Of a DNA stretch of 64,000 bases, positions 25,490-38,248 are shown piece by piece. The position numbers and the translations under genes are program-made. Source of the DNA: Podarcis tiliguerta. Lineage: Eukaryota. Position 1 is the first letter of the stretch. Each line of letters opens with the position of its first letter. The notes beneath the pieces were generated by a model, which saw nothing but the letters and a program-made list of their open reading frames with translations, was not told the DNA's origin and did not search any database. The DNA lies in NCBI GenBank assembly GCA_965153285.1, contig OZ229112.1. One strand, given 5' to 3'.

Positions 25490-25539
25490 TTAACCATCCA
25501 TCTCCAAAGTAATTTAACCACCCATCTCCAAAGTAATTT
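25490..25539. repeat. Tandem duplication, 24-bp unit x2
   Basis: TTAACCA(T/C)CCATCTCCAAAGTAAT twice. Confidence 0.85.
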
Positions 25540-25585
25540 AGACATGAATTATCTTGAGCATTATGTTTCAGCAAACACACATATA

Positions 25586-25811
25586 CAGTGGTACCTCTGG
25601 TTACGTACTTAATTCGTTCCGGAGGTCCGTTCTTAACCTGAAACTGTTCTTAACCTGAAGCACCACTTTAGCTAATGGGGCCTCCTGCTGCCACCGCGCC
25701 GTTGGAGCACGATTTCTGTTTTCATCCTGAAGCAAAGTTCATAACCTGAGGTACTATTTCTGGGTTAGCGGAGTCTGTAACCTGAAGCGGATGTAACCTG
25801 AGGTACCACTG
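25586..25811. mobile_element. Tigger/pogo-like MITE, full length
   Basis: TIR CAGTGGTACCTC.GGTTAC, TA on both sides. Confidence 0.93.
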
Positions 25812-26333
25812 TATAACCATTTTATTTATAAAATATTTATTTATTTCTTATTAAATTTGTCCGAAGAGCTCAGAGTGGTTCACAGCATATGCATTTATGA
25901 AATAAAATGTTAAAATTAAAAGGCCTTTATATGTAGTTAAGTGGCATTACATGAGTGATAGAGTAATTTATGCAACTCAGAACTCAAAGAACAAAATATC
26001 AACAGGGTGCTAAACTGAGCTTCTCAGATGCCTGAGTGACAGGATTAAGTTAATACCGAACTGCAGAATCAAAATAGTGAGGTTTCAATCTCAAATTGAA
26101 TACAGTCGGACTTACTTCTTAGTAGACATGGTTAGAATTGCAGCTACAGATGACTTTGTGATGGGTCACTAGCCACTTCATTAATTTTGTCTTTTCTTTA
26201 AGTAGCCACAAGACTCTTTTTTGGTTTTGTTGCAAAAGACTAAGCAAGCTTCTCCTCTGGAAATTCATTACCTTTGAAAGAGAATGCACAAGGAAGATAA
26301 CTGATTTGTAAATATCTGCTGATAGCAGATTAT

Positions 26334-26334
26334 A

Positions 26335-26372
<38 letters not shown>

Positions 26373-26373
26373 T
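26334..26373. repeat. Perfect 40-bp palindrome ATGCA(TA)15TGCAT
   Basis: Direct reading. Confidence 0.9.
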
Positions 26374-28231
26374 TAGCAGAAAACAAAATGTAAAAAGCAC
26401 TTGCGTAAAATATAATAATTGCAGTGGAATGAAAAATGCCAGAAAAAAAGTGCGAATGAATGTTAGTATTTGTACATCCCCATCAAAATTCTGGAAAAAC
26501 CTCTTTTGCAGAGAGCAGAAAACTTGCAAAAATTAGAGGGCAGATTTTGGCATCAACACACGCAATGAGAAGAGGAAAGTTAGGCAGAGCCAATAGTAAT
26601 CTCCTATAATATTGTTTATTTACAGCATCTGGTTTATCATATATTATTACAGACAATAAGTATGCACAGGTATCCACGTTTCCTGCCAGAAAAATCCTGT
26701 GGGGCTGTTATTAATACTTGTATTGGACCTGGTCCTGTCTGCAACACTGGGATGTGGGAAGAAAAAATATATTGAACTGCTAATTTATTTTGTTTCTTTA
26801 CCACATTTCCATACTGCTCTGTAACAACATTGGCTGGAAAAATAGATTTCTGATTAATTAAATATTGCTTATTCTTAAGAAATAAAAAAAAAATCAATCT
26901 CAACAAATATTGAGCACATCAGAAAGGGAGGGAGGGGGAAAGAACACGCAGATAATTCTCTGAAGAAAGGTACAAGAGGTCATTGATAGGTACAGAGAAT
27001 AAAAATCAGCAATTTATATGGAAAACCACTTTCTAGAGAATTCAAATACTTTGTGCTTCACTAGCATTTCTTTTCATTTCAACATAATCTTATAGCCCAG
27101 CACTTTCAATAAAAAAAGAACAAAGAAGTCAAAAGACTGAAAGACTAAGTAAAGAAAGAGAACATTAAGATCAAGGGACAATCAATGAAAGAAATGTGAT
27201 CATTAATTTATCTAATTGGACTGCAAGGGGGGGGGGGAGGAAGACAAGGTTGTCCCAAAATGGCGATTCCTTTGATTCAAGCATGCGGCTTTAACTTCCT
27301 TTAACTTTTTTCAATTTATTTTTGGATGATCTTATTAAATAGGCTTTGCAGTGTTAATCCAGACAATCATCACAACAAATCCAGCATCGCCTTCAGAGAT
27401 TGGGGTGGGGGGTAGAAGAGAAGGGAGATTAGTTGTCAGGAAAAATGAAGAATAAAATTTTACCATGTAATAACATATATTCCTCAAGTAGGCATATATA
27501 AGGTATCATTTTGTATAACATATATATATATACTGAAATATAAACAAAATAAAACATAAATAAAAATACGGATAAAAACCCATGTTTCAGTGTCCCACAA
27601 GAAAACATAACCGTGTTATGTCTCATAAAGCCCCCAAGTGTAGAGGGGTCAATAGGCAATACGATTGTTGTCAGAAATATTTCCAGACTGTTCATTTTTT
27701 GGAGCTTTGTCTCATACATATACACACACAGCAGACTTTGTCCATATTTTATGTGAAGGCACAAACTGCTTATCAAACAAACTTCACTCAAACCCACTTT
27801 AATTTCTAAGAGGGTAAAGGGGCTTCTTAAGGCACAGAAAATGCAACAACTATACTTTCAAAATAAGGGAAGGCTAGTCATTATTTTGTAAAAATGTTAA
27901 CACACAATGGTGTTAGTTTCGCCTCCCTGAAAACTGAATTTGTTATGTAGATTATTACAGGGTGGTAAGGAGCACTGGAAATCTGATTCCACTCTTGTCG
28001 ACCATCCAAATTTAACAATGAAAATATTTAAAACAAAAGGTACACAATGATTATCCTGTAGTCTCAACAAGCTCTCTTCACTTGTTATGACTCTTATGAC
28101 TCTTGTGCTTATTAATTCATTCCCCTGCATCGCACATCCTTGCTGATCCCACTCCCAACATCCACACATGGCTAAGAGCTGCAGAAGGAAGATCTGCACA
28201 TTCTGGGTTCTGAATCACTAGGAAGCCTTAA

Positions 28232-28613
28232 TCTAAAGGGAGCTACTTGGTTGATTTGGCTAAATGCTTTTAAATGCCTCCCCATGATTGGTTAGTCTGC
28301 ATTATCAGAGTTACTGGTCTCAGTGTGTCTTCTAAGTGTGTTCTAGGATGTCTTCCTCCCACTTAGCATAGGAAGGGTGGTGGCAGAGTGGATACACTTG
28401 GGCCATTGGAGAAAAGGATGTCATATTTCAGGGTGAATATCTGAAGAGGATACCTGCACCATAGATATGTGTGCATGTGATGTAATGTCTGAAAGGGCCT
28501 TGTGTATTTGACTTCCTGTGTGTGTCACACACATAGATATGAAGGAGTTGCTTTAGATGTATATATAATGTGGGAAAACATTACTTTTTGATAGATTTAT
28601 GATGAAGGCTAGA
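28232..28613 (+). repeat. Duplicated ~380-bp segment, copy 1
   Basis: Direct-orientation, high-identity copy of 47018..47396 with a few small indels. Confidence 0.95.
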
Positions 28614-28866
28614 AAAAGTCAGCAAACTTTTTCAGCAGGGGGCCGGTCCACTGTCCCTCAGACCTTGTAGGGGGGCCTTGTGGGGGGCTTTTTTGGGGGG
28701 GAGTGAACGAATTCCTATGCCCCACAAATAACCCAGAGATGCATTTTAAATAAAAGGACATATTCTACTCATGTAAAAACACATTGATTCCTGGACCGTC
28801 CGTGGGCCCAATTTAGAAGGCAATTGGGCTGGATCCGGCCCCCGGGCATTAGTTTGCCTACCCATA
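28614..28866. mobile_element. hAT MITE abutting the duplicated segment
   Basis: GTCAGCAAACT...AGTTTGCCTACCCAT ends, left TIR eroded. Confidence 0.8.
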
Positions 28867-31321
28867 CCTTAATGCATCCACCTGCCATGCATAAACATGC
28901 ATTCTGCAGATGTTGACATGACTCCATAGGTGGTGTTGGGCATGATGTCAGGTGCACGGCTAGCTAGTGTAGTCCCACCCCCATGTTCAGGGAACATGTG
29001 ACCCCCCAATGAGTGAAATGGGCTATGACATATGGCTTGCTATGCGAAAAGGTGGCAATTCTAGACAATGATTGTATAAAGTAGCAGGCATAACAATTTT
29101 TTAAGACCACCAAAGTTTTGTCAGTCTCCACCAAAGTCATATTGCCGTTTTAATTAAGAAACAAGCTGACTGGTTTTTCCTTCTTCATAATTTCAGTGTA
29201 AAGAGACACTCAGTTAAACTAACAAGCTCTATATATTTTTAAATAACCAAAATATTGGTTTTGGCTTTAGGAAAGACAGTCTGCTAAAGCCGATTTATGA
29301 TTCTCACGTGGGTTTTCATAAATCAGGGTCAGATTTTGTTCAAACTCCAGAGTCACTTATTTATTCATATGCTACGGCTTTTTAATTATTGTATCCTAAA
29401 TATATACCTGCTGCTAAACTGTTGGCATGGCTCCTTATCAAAGAACATGGCTGCAATCCTAATTGATTTCAATGGGACTGAGAATATGGTTTCGGGACTG
29501 AGGTCTGTTTCATTTATTGAGTAAAATGCTTCCCTCAAACTTCAAAAGCAAAGAGTTCAAATCCCTGTAAGAATTAACTGTTTTTAATTAAAAATACATC
29601 AAACATTGTGGAAGTTAACTAAATCACAACATTTTAAAACCTCCATTAGTTTAATCTTTCAAAAAGATCTGCCACCTAAAACAGTTTGTTTTCAGTATAT
29701 AACCCTTAGGGATTCAAAAACAAACTAGCATCCTTAGGGATTAAAAAAATCAAATCTAGGAAGCTTCCTTTTAAATGCCTTTAAATTTTTTTCCCCATAT
29801 ATGGTCTTGTTACATTAGATAGTAAATAAATGTAAGAACAATATATTCCTTTTAGCAAAGTTGTTAAATATCTAATAACCTCAAAAACAAAACTTTTTAA
29901 AAATGCCAATTCTACTCCCCAGGAGAACAAAGGCCTAAAGCTGGAGTTCAAACAGGCCACAGACTTATTGCAAAAAAGCAATTTCCAACTGTTTGGCCTA
30001 GGAGGGCAAAGACACATTATGTTGGCAGCACAGGAGCTGCAATACCACAAATTCATATGCCGGAGGGATTGACATGCGAAAGGCCTGTGCTGCAGCTCCT
30101 TCCCACGCCAACTCTGTTGCACTTTCAGGAACAACAACACTGATGTTGGCAGGAAGAGCACTGTGGGCTTGGCATAAGGCCTCTCACATTACCCTGGCAA
30201 TGCAGAGGAAATGATGCTAGTGTTACTGCTACACTGGATGTCTAAGGTGAGAAGATCACTGATGTTTCATAGGTCTCCTGTTTACCCCTTCTTTCTTTTC
30301 CAAAAACTGCACATCAAATACTAGTAAGTGCGATGATGACCCCAACTTTGAAGATCCCAATGATGACAACCTACGTTGTTAACATGATCTCAGGAGAATG
30401 AAATTTTGACTGGAGGAACAGCAAGGCAAAGGGGGTCAAACTCTTCAACTGCTAGTCGTTTCCTTCTAAATTATCACCCTGGCTCATCTCTGACACCTTC
30501 CTACTTATTTAAGGGTTTATAAACCGTGTCACAAGAAAATGTTTCCAAAGTGTTGTGCAAGCAGAGCCGATGGCTTAGCGCTAACATTTGTGTGCTTTAA
30601 CTGACGCCACAGGCAGGAATGTTACCTAGAACAGCACATGCTTCCTGCTCCAACTTGGAAACTTGAAATGGTGAGGAATTTATTCAGTCATGAGACTAAA
30701 TCTTCAAAAGGAGGCATTAGACAATCATTGTCTTGTGGTAAAATGTTCCTTTCTAGTTGTTGGTTGTTTTTTTTTAAGTGCACTTGTGATGAAACAGATA
30801 TTTAACCACCTTTTGGAAAATGATTTGTAAGGCAAGATGAGTGAGTTTTACTGCTGATTGCTTCTGATTTACTGCTAAGACTCCCCATTACATTGAATCA
30901 TAGAATTCTATAGTTGGAAGGGACCATGAGGGTCAATGAAATACTTGTGAAACCTTCAAGCATCGTGCACTCTGATCCTACACGAATTGCAAGGAAGTTC
31001 CACTGAAGACAGTACCATATAATTCCACAACAGCTACAATTCAGTGATAAGGCTACTTTTCACTTGCTGGCATTCTCCTGACAAATAAAACCTGCTGGGA
31101 TGTGCCAGTTGGCAAGAACCTGCTGTGTCAAAAGAGTAGATAGCATGTTGCCTGGATCATAAAGCACATGCTATTGTCCACCTGGTTGACTTTTGGATAA
31201 ATATAATGTAAAACAAAGTAAAAAGGTAAACACTAAAATGTTTCGGACAGCACCCTTTCTCTTCCAGAAGTTACATTTAATATTACTTTTCAGACCCAGA
31301 AAAAGTTGTATTAACTCATCT

Positions 31322-31636
31322 CCGCTCTTGCAATTCTAATCGTATGAGTGAGGGGACAACTGAGGTTTACTCATTTACCCCACACTCCCTGTTGCATTCT
31401 CAGTGATCTCTCTCTCTCACCTTCATGTTTGGGATAAACTTTCAGAGCAAAGAGTTTGCTGTACTCATGTAGGTGCCCCCCACAATTTAGAACCCAGCAT
31501 GGTCACAAGTACAGAAGTATATCCCAAACAGACAGAAGACTGCAGAGATGGGCTACTGGTGATGTGACAGAGAGGGCAGGGGCAACAAGCCCACCCCAGC
31601 TGTCTCCCCACTCATATGAATTATGTGACAGGAGCA
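31322..31636. mobile_element. Decayed fold-back MITE-like element
   Basis: Imperfect ~120-bp arms: TATGAGTGAGGGGACAACTG / CAGCTGTCTCCCCACTCATA and TGTTTGGGATA / TATCCCAAACA. Confidence 0.6.
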
Positions 31637-33033
31637 AGTCTCAAGTGATTTACACTAAGGTCTCTGTGATAAGCTTATCAAGTCTCCACATCTTATCACT
31701 GACCACTGGAAGCAGCCCACCTGTAAAACAAGTGATGGTCCCAGCATAGCACATCACTGAATAGGCATAACTTGTAGGCCAGTTTAATGCCACTGCAGCT
31801 TGAAATAGCAAAATTATAGCATCACAAGCTACAGATCTGAGTGGTGAGTAGCTAGCTATACATTGAAATATTCATGGTGAGTTCTGGCACCTCTTTTTCG
31901 AGAAAAATAAAGAGAAAGACTTGTTGGATGGGTTTTGTTTGTAGCTGTTTTTAAATCTCTGTGCCAATGTTGTGTGTACAAGTCAGAAGTCTGTCCTGAC
32001 TGCTGAAATTTCTTGAGTGAAGGCACACACAGAAATACAGTTGTGTCCCTTTGTTTACAATTGAGGCAATGTTTTCCTCAGGACATTTGTAGCTCAAATT
32101 TGCCACTACTGTATACTGCACAGTTCATATAGGGATAAATGTTGTACTGAAAATGATGTACAGTACTGTGGAAATCCAAAGCCATCATTACAATGATTTT
32201 CAGGCTCCAGCTAGCATTCTTTAAGGCTTCTAACGATGCTTAATATTGAGTACAATTTCATTTTCAGATGCTGAAAGCTTAACTCACCACCTCACATTGC
32301 TATTTTTAAAAACCACACACTTTTATTCAGCTAAATTTGCATCAGTAGAGAAAAAATTGGCACTTTGTAAGAACTCAGGGCCAATTTTATGAAATTATTT
32401 TGGAGGGGGAAAATCCATTTGACTTCCACTGCTTCAGAAAATAAAAGGAAGATTAATAACGTTGCCCTTCTTTAACCTTTCTTGCCAGCAGGGTTATACA
32501 GACTTAAGCTGTAACTGACCATAATCATCTTAAGCCACACATACCTATATTAGGTGCACTGCTTGGTGCTAATGCTTTTTCTTTTTTCCTGTCCTTTGAT
32601 TGCCTAACCCATGTTCTGACCACTGCAGCTAGTTTCTGATCTAGGATTAATCAGAAATCCTGGTTAGCTGTAACTGTGGTTTTGTATCAATGCCAATATA
32701 ATGGTTAACCCTGGTTAAGCTCAGCCAGGGAAGGGTGGAAACTTGTGCTCCAGGGAAAAGGCTATGGAGGGAAAAGGAATGTATGTCATAACTTACTTCT
32801 GATTGCTTAACCATGGTTAATAAACCAGGTGGGTTAAGCAAGCAACATCATTACACCTGTATTTCTCTGTTCCTCTCTTTCCAGTTATAGGCCACTACCA
32901 TATGAAGACCAGTTTGTTAATCAGTGAGGTAGACTTTGAAAAGCAGCTGAAGGAGGAATCTGTTAGGAAACCTTGCACAGGGGTTTTTGCAACAAAAGAG
33001 AGAAAATACTGGGAACATATTGGGCATCTTATC

Positions 33034-34880
33034 TTTTTTTTTATAAATTTTTTTATTGCGTTTCTTTCCATAATTTTATAGGTTTATAAACAAATAAAGT
33101 AGTTACAAGAAACAAATTTTCTCTTTTTTAACAACAAAAACAAAATAAAACTTGGACTTCCCCACCCCTTCCGATTCTGCGTTCTTTGCATTAACAATGT
33201 CAGCATTTTGTTACCTTATTTCATACCTTGTTGTAACTTTCGAATGTTATGTATCCAAATACAATATATTATATCTCAATTTCAATACCTTTAAAATAAA
33301 CATAACATATTCAATTTAAATTGTCTCCTTTTCTCTTTTGTCACTAATTTTACCATTTACTTAATCATATTCGCAGAAGCTTATCGTTTCCTAATCATGC
33401 ACTTTCTTAGGATTCATACAGCTTATAATATTTTTTCAGATAATCTTTAAATTTTCCCCAGTCCTCCTCAATTGTTTCTTTATCCAAATCTCGGATTCTG
33501 CCGGTCAGTTCAGCTATCTCCATGTAGTCCATCAACTGCGTCTGCCAGTCCTCCAGCGTGGGCAAATCTTGTGTCTTCCAACTCTTTGCAATGAGTATTC
33601 TTGCTGCTGTGCTAGCGTACATAAACAAAGTTCTATCTTTCTTTGACATTTTCTGGTCCACCATGCCCAACAGGAAGGCCTCTGGTTTCTTAGGAAAGGT
33701 ATACCTAAATACCTTTTTCAATTCATTATAAATCATTTCCCAGAAGGCCTTCACTTTTGGGCAGGTCCACCAGAGATGGAAGAAAGTCCCCTCTGCTTCC
33801 TTACACTTCCAACATTTGTTGTCAGACAGGTGATGCATCTTGGCTAACCTGACTGGGGTCATGTACCACCGGTATATCATTTTCATAATGTTTTCCTTCA
33901 AGGCACTAGATGCCGTGAATTTCATTCCGGTGTTCCATAACCTTTCCCAGTCTTCAAACATAATATTATGTCCCACATCCTGTGCCCATTTTATCATAGC
34001 AGATTTAACTGTCTCATCCTGTGTGTTCCACATAAGCAGCAAGTTATACATTCTAGATAAATTCTTGGTCTTTGGTTCTAACAATTCTGTCTCTAGTTTC
34101 GATTTCCCCTCCTGGAAACCAACCTTTTTATCCATTTTAAAAACCTCTTGAATTTGAGCATAATGTAACCAATCTCGCACCTTGTTTTTTAATTTGTCCT
34201 GGCTCTGCAACTTCCAACCGTCTCCAATTTTTTCAATTAATTCCCAATATTTCGGCCAATAGGCCTCCATATTGGGTCTTTTTCGAGCTTTGGCCTCCAC
34301 CGGTGATAGCCACCTCGGTGTTTTACTCTCTAATAAGTCTTTATATTTCATCCAGACTGCAAAAATCGCTTTTCTGACAATATGGCTTTTAAACAATTTG
34401 TGAACTTTAACCTTGTCATACCATAGATATGCATGCCAACCAAATGCATTATCAAAACCTTCCAGATCTAGGACGTCGGTGTTTTCTAGCAAAAACCAAT
34501 CTTTCAGCCAGCAGAAGGCTGCAGCTTCATAGTACAACCTCAAATCCGGCAGGGCAAACCCCCCTCTTTCTTTTGAATCCGTTAATATTTTATACTTTAT
34601 TCGGGGCTTTTTGCCCTGCCAGACAAACTTAGATATATCCTTCTGCCATTTTCCAAAACATTCCTCTCTGTCCACGATCTGTAGGGTTTGAAACAAGAAT
34701 AACATTTTCGGCAATACATTCATTTTAATTACTGCAATCCTTCCCAACAAGGAAAGTTTCAATCTTGACCAAATTTCTAAATCCTTCTTTACTTCCAACC
34801 AGCATTTTTCATAATTGTCCTTAAATAAATTCAAATTTTTGGAAGACAAATAGATCCCTAGGTATTTCACTTTCTTTACC
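33034..34880 (-). mobile_element. L1-clade LINE, 5'-truncated, young
   Basis: 19-bp TSD ACATATTGGG(C/T)ATCTTATC at 33015..33033 / 34881..34899; AATAAA + poly(A) on minus; ~370-bp 3' UTR; uninterrupted ORF2 remnant. Confidence 0.97.
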
Positions 34881-34882
34881 AC
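33407..34882 (-). CDS. L1 ORF2 C-terminal part (end of RT domain + Cys-rich domain), 491 codons, truncated, no true start
   Basis: KYLGIYL, LSLLGRIAVIKMNVLPK, GGFALPDLRLYY and CWKC...FFHLWWTC motifs; the listed start lies in the TSD. Confidence 0.9.
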   Translation of the reverse strand: MVKKVKYLGIYLSSKNLNLFKDNYEKCWLEVKKDLEIWSRLKLSLLGRIAVIKMNVLPKMLFLFQTLQIVDREECFGKWQKDISKFVWQGKKPRIKYKILTDSKERGGFALPDLRLYYEAAAFCWLKDWFLLENTDVLDLEGFDNAFGWHAYLWYDKVKVHKLFKSHIVRKAIFAVWMKYKDLLESKTPRWLSPVEAKARKRPNMEAYWPKYWELIEKIGDGWKLQSQDKLKNKVRDWLHYAQIQEVFKMDKKVGFQEGKSKLETELLEPKTKNLSRMYNLLLMWNTQDETVKSAMIKWAQDVGHNIMFEDWERLWNTGMKFTASSALKENIMKMIYRWYMTPVRLAKMHHLSDNKCWKCKEAEGTFFHLWWTCPKVKAFWEMIYNELKKVFRYTFPKKPEAFLLGMVDQKMSKKDRTLFMYASTAARILIAKSWKTQDLPTLEDWQTQLMDYMEIAELTGRIRDLDKETIEEDWGKFKDYLKKYYKLYES

Positions 34883-35399
34883 ATATTGGGTATCTTATCA
34901 GTCCTTGGATAAGTAATTTAGTAGGGATGGCTTTTCAAAGTTAATCAGGACCCTTTAAATAGGTGTGCATTTCAAACACACCCTCATGGGTGCAATATGT
35001 ATGATGCCAGGTCCTCCCATTTCCCCTAACTTCTTCAAAATATGCATTATGCTTAATGTCACCTACTGGTGTACTTGCTGAAACCATTATACCACTGTTT
35101 TGAAAGCAACACTGTTTTGAAAGCAACATAGAGTTTCATGGTTTCCATACAGCAAGAGGGCATGTATTACTTTCACAATGTGAAAATATGTCATGTTCTG
35201 GAAAAACAGAACTATCCTTATGAAACTAAGGCGTGAAAATCAACAGTGTGTTTAACAAATAGAGCACCTTCATTAAAGGTAATATTGAACATGCTATTAG
35301 CATTAGTGGGGAAGAAAGTCAGTGATGCAGCCAGATTGTACTCCCTATGATGGCAAGTCCCCTGATACAACTTTTTCTGAAGTAACTACTTGGACAATG

Positions 35400-35741
35400 G
35401 ATTCTCCACATTTCCACATCAATTTGAGTTTGTTTGTTTTTTAAGCCTTCATGAAAATTCATCAATATTTTATGGGGCATGTATCCTAATATACTCATGT
35501 GTATGAACTTTTTTTGTAACACAATTTCCCCTAATTCATTTTTGTATGTTATTTTCAGTAGCATATGCATTGATATGCATACTGTACCCTAGTACTGTAT
35601 ATACCTTTTTGTACACATTAATTGGCTGGAGAACTGCATTGCAAAATTCAGAGATTTTGAAGAATGACTACTTTTCAGTTCAGAAACTGCATATTAGGCA
35701 GAATCATCTTTAAATGTGAACTGGGTTGAATTTCTCTTCCT
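35400..35741. mobile_element. Old AT-rich repeat, probable non-autonomous DNA element (boundaries approximate)
   Basis: GGCTGGAGAACTGCATTGCAAAATTC and AAATGTGAACTG..TGAATTTCTC motifs recalled from squamate repeats. Confidence 0.4.
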
Positions 35742-35812
35742 TGGAACAAACAGGGACAAGTGGCTTTTTCTATTTTATGCATCTCCCCAAATTGAAAATA
35801 ACAATAGCTATA

Positions 35813-36038
35813 CAGTGGTACCTTGGGTTAAGAACTTAATTCATTCTGGAGGTCCGTTCTTAACCTGAAACTGTTCTTAACCTGAAGCACCATTTTAGCA
35901 AATGGGGCCTCCTGCTGCCACCACGCCACCAGAGCACGATTTCTGTTCTCATCCTGAAGCAAAGTTCTTAACCCGAGGTACTATTTCTGTGTTAGCGGGG
36001 TCTGTAACCTGAAGCGCCTGTGACCCTAGGTACCACTG
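35813..36038. mobile_element. Tigger/pogo-like MITE, full length
   Basis: TIRs CAGTGGTACCT, TA TSD. Confidence 0.93.
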
Positions 36039-36089
36039 TAGTCTACTATGAAATACAGATTAAACCAGATAATTTAGCTTCAACAAGAG

Positions 36090-36235
36090 CACATAAGCAG
36101 CATTCTGCTTGATCAGGCCCATCTGGTCCAACAGCAGCCAACCAGATGAATGCCTGTGCAAAACCCAGAAGTGGGAGCTGAGCATAACAGCCCTCTCCCC
36201 ACTCTCCAATACCAGCAACTGGTATTGAGAGGTAT
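36090..36235 (-). mobile_element. CR1 3' UTR fragment
   Basis: Homologous to the reverse complement of 3430..3587. Confidence 0.6.
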
Positions 36236-38098
36236 TTTGTAAGGTGCTTTATCTTTCAGGGAGAAGCGAGAGGTAGAAGAGAAGAACACCCAGTAATAAA
36301 ACCAATACATCTGGCTGACCAGAATAATAATGGGATTCCACAGGACGCCTCTATCTCCTCAATCACTTTTAATCACTTTAAAGTAATCTGCCTTTTCTTA
36401 TTTCCCATATTTTCCCCATATTTTTCTACATGGTTCAATGAGGAGTTAAGCAGGTGCTATGTATTAATGATGCACCACCTTTTATGTGGAATAGAGATCT
36501 GAATCTTGCTTTCACACATCCATGCCCAGCACTCCACTGAGTTTCCACGCAGAGCTACTCAAAGAGGACCACTTAGTATTGTGGACAGTACCTTCAGAGT
36601 AGAGGGTTCATGAATTGCATTCCTACTGCTACTTTTACAACTGGGATACTCAGAAGTAAGTCCAAGGAGGTTTACTTTCTAGTAATCATGCTTAAGGAGC
36701 ACAGCTAATACTTCATTTTACGGCTGGCAAACAAAATGGTGGATAGGCTGGCCAGCTGAAAAGTGGGAGGGAGCTTTCGTTGGGCAAGCAACACCTGATG
36801 AAATTCCTTCTTCTACACAACTATTCAACATGTGGGAGCTCCTGCCTTCCTCCGAGTTTTCAAAATGTGCAAATTTCAGAGTTGTAAAGTTTCCCACTGT
36901 ACTTTCAGAAAGCTATGCATAATTAATAATATACTGCCAGAAAAGTGATTGCGGAGGAAAATGTAGGGTGCAATTTACGGATGAATAACTATTACACAGC
37001 AAATTCTTCAGGACTAGCACCGGCTTCTAATGAATGTGAAATGCCTAGAAAAATTGTCCTTAATAAACAGATGTAAGTGGCAATCCAATGCAAAATCGAG
37101 GGATGCCATAGCAATCTGCCAGGTTCAATTTCCAGTGAGGGTATTGTTTTTTTCCACTGGGAGAAGACAATTATCCTGAACCTCCCTTATGTCCAATTCC
37201 ATCCCATTTACTTTCCATCAAGGGGGGGGGGGGATCTTTACCTTACACTGGCTTGGTTGGTACAAAGGAAAAAGGGGGCTGAATAAATATATAGGCTTCA
37301 AGACAGATTTTCCTTTCTGAAATATAAAAGTAGTCTGGGAGAAAGTCCATGATGGTTCCATTATGTTTCTCCACAGAAATGTAATCATCCCTAACAAAGA
37401 CTTTATACCAGACTACAGCAATACATAGTCTTTAGGGGTTTGGGGGTGGTTGTTTTTTTGGTGAATGTGTGTATGGGAAACTATTTCAGTGCAGATTTTT
37501 TAAAAAGTCTTACTTTAGCACCACCTGTGACTGAGATCAGAAAATTAGCTATTGAAAGAGAAAATGTGGGCTTTAATGGTATTTGTTGTGCATTCAGCAA
37601 TGATATTAGCTTCAACATTATGTTCCTGGTATGACATGATTATCCAATTGTTTTAAAAGCATCTTTCAAATTCAGTTTCTAAAAGCCAAGCATTTTATGG
37701 GTCAGAAGCAGACCTCTTTTTAAAAACAAACCACTTTGCTGAACCAAGGATTGATTAGGTTCACAAATTAGGCTGTGCAGCAGAGGAAGCTGCACAATTC
37801 ATCTTTAAAAACCAACATCCTATTTAAATGCATTTCCATCTCTGGCCCCGACACAGCTCGTATTTCTCTTTGTAGCCCTTGTTATGGACAGACCAGAGAA
37901 GAGAAAAACTAATAAATCCTAAGCCTGTTTATTCAGAAGTTTAACTGGGTTCAATGGAGTCCTTACACCTAAGTGTGCATAAGCTAGAATTGCAACCTAC
38001 ATCTTGCTCCTGATTCCTTTCCAACATTTGGTGAGCATTACCATTGATCTGTGGTAGGTCCTACGTGCGCAGAGCCTAGGCTTCTACATAGAACCAGG

Positions 38099-38248
38099 CA
38101 GTGCTTTTTCTTGGGGGACGCAGTGGATCGCATACCCTTAAACATTTTGTGAATGTAAGTTTGGCCTCATTGAGCTGCAGTATTTCAATACGAGTAGGAA
38201 AATGAGCATACCCCTAAAAATCATTTTTTTAAAAGAAAAAAAGCACTG
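38099..38248. mobile_element. hAT-type MITE (CAGTGCTTTTT TIR family)
   Basis: Perfect 8-bp TSD GAACCAGG; homologous to 18299..18472. Confidence 0.92.

Noticed and set aside
25490-25539. Direct repeats suggesting an array
   Set aside because: Only two adjacent units with no spacers; ordinary slippage duplication, not CRISPR-like.
26116-26272. Minus-strand segment bounded by an AG acceptor and GTAAGT donor
   Set aside because: The frames I translated contain stops and no known peptide; at most a non-coding exon, unsupported without RNA data.
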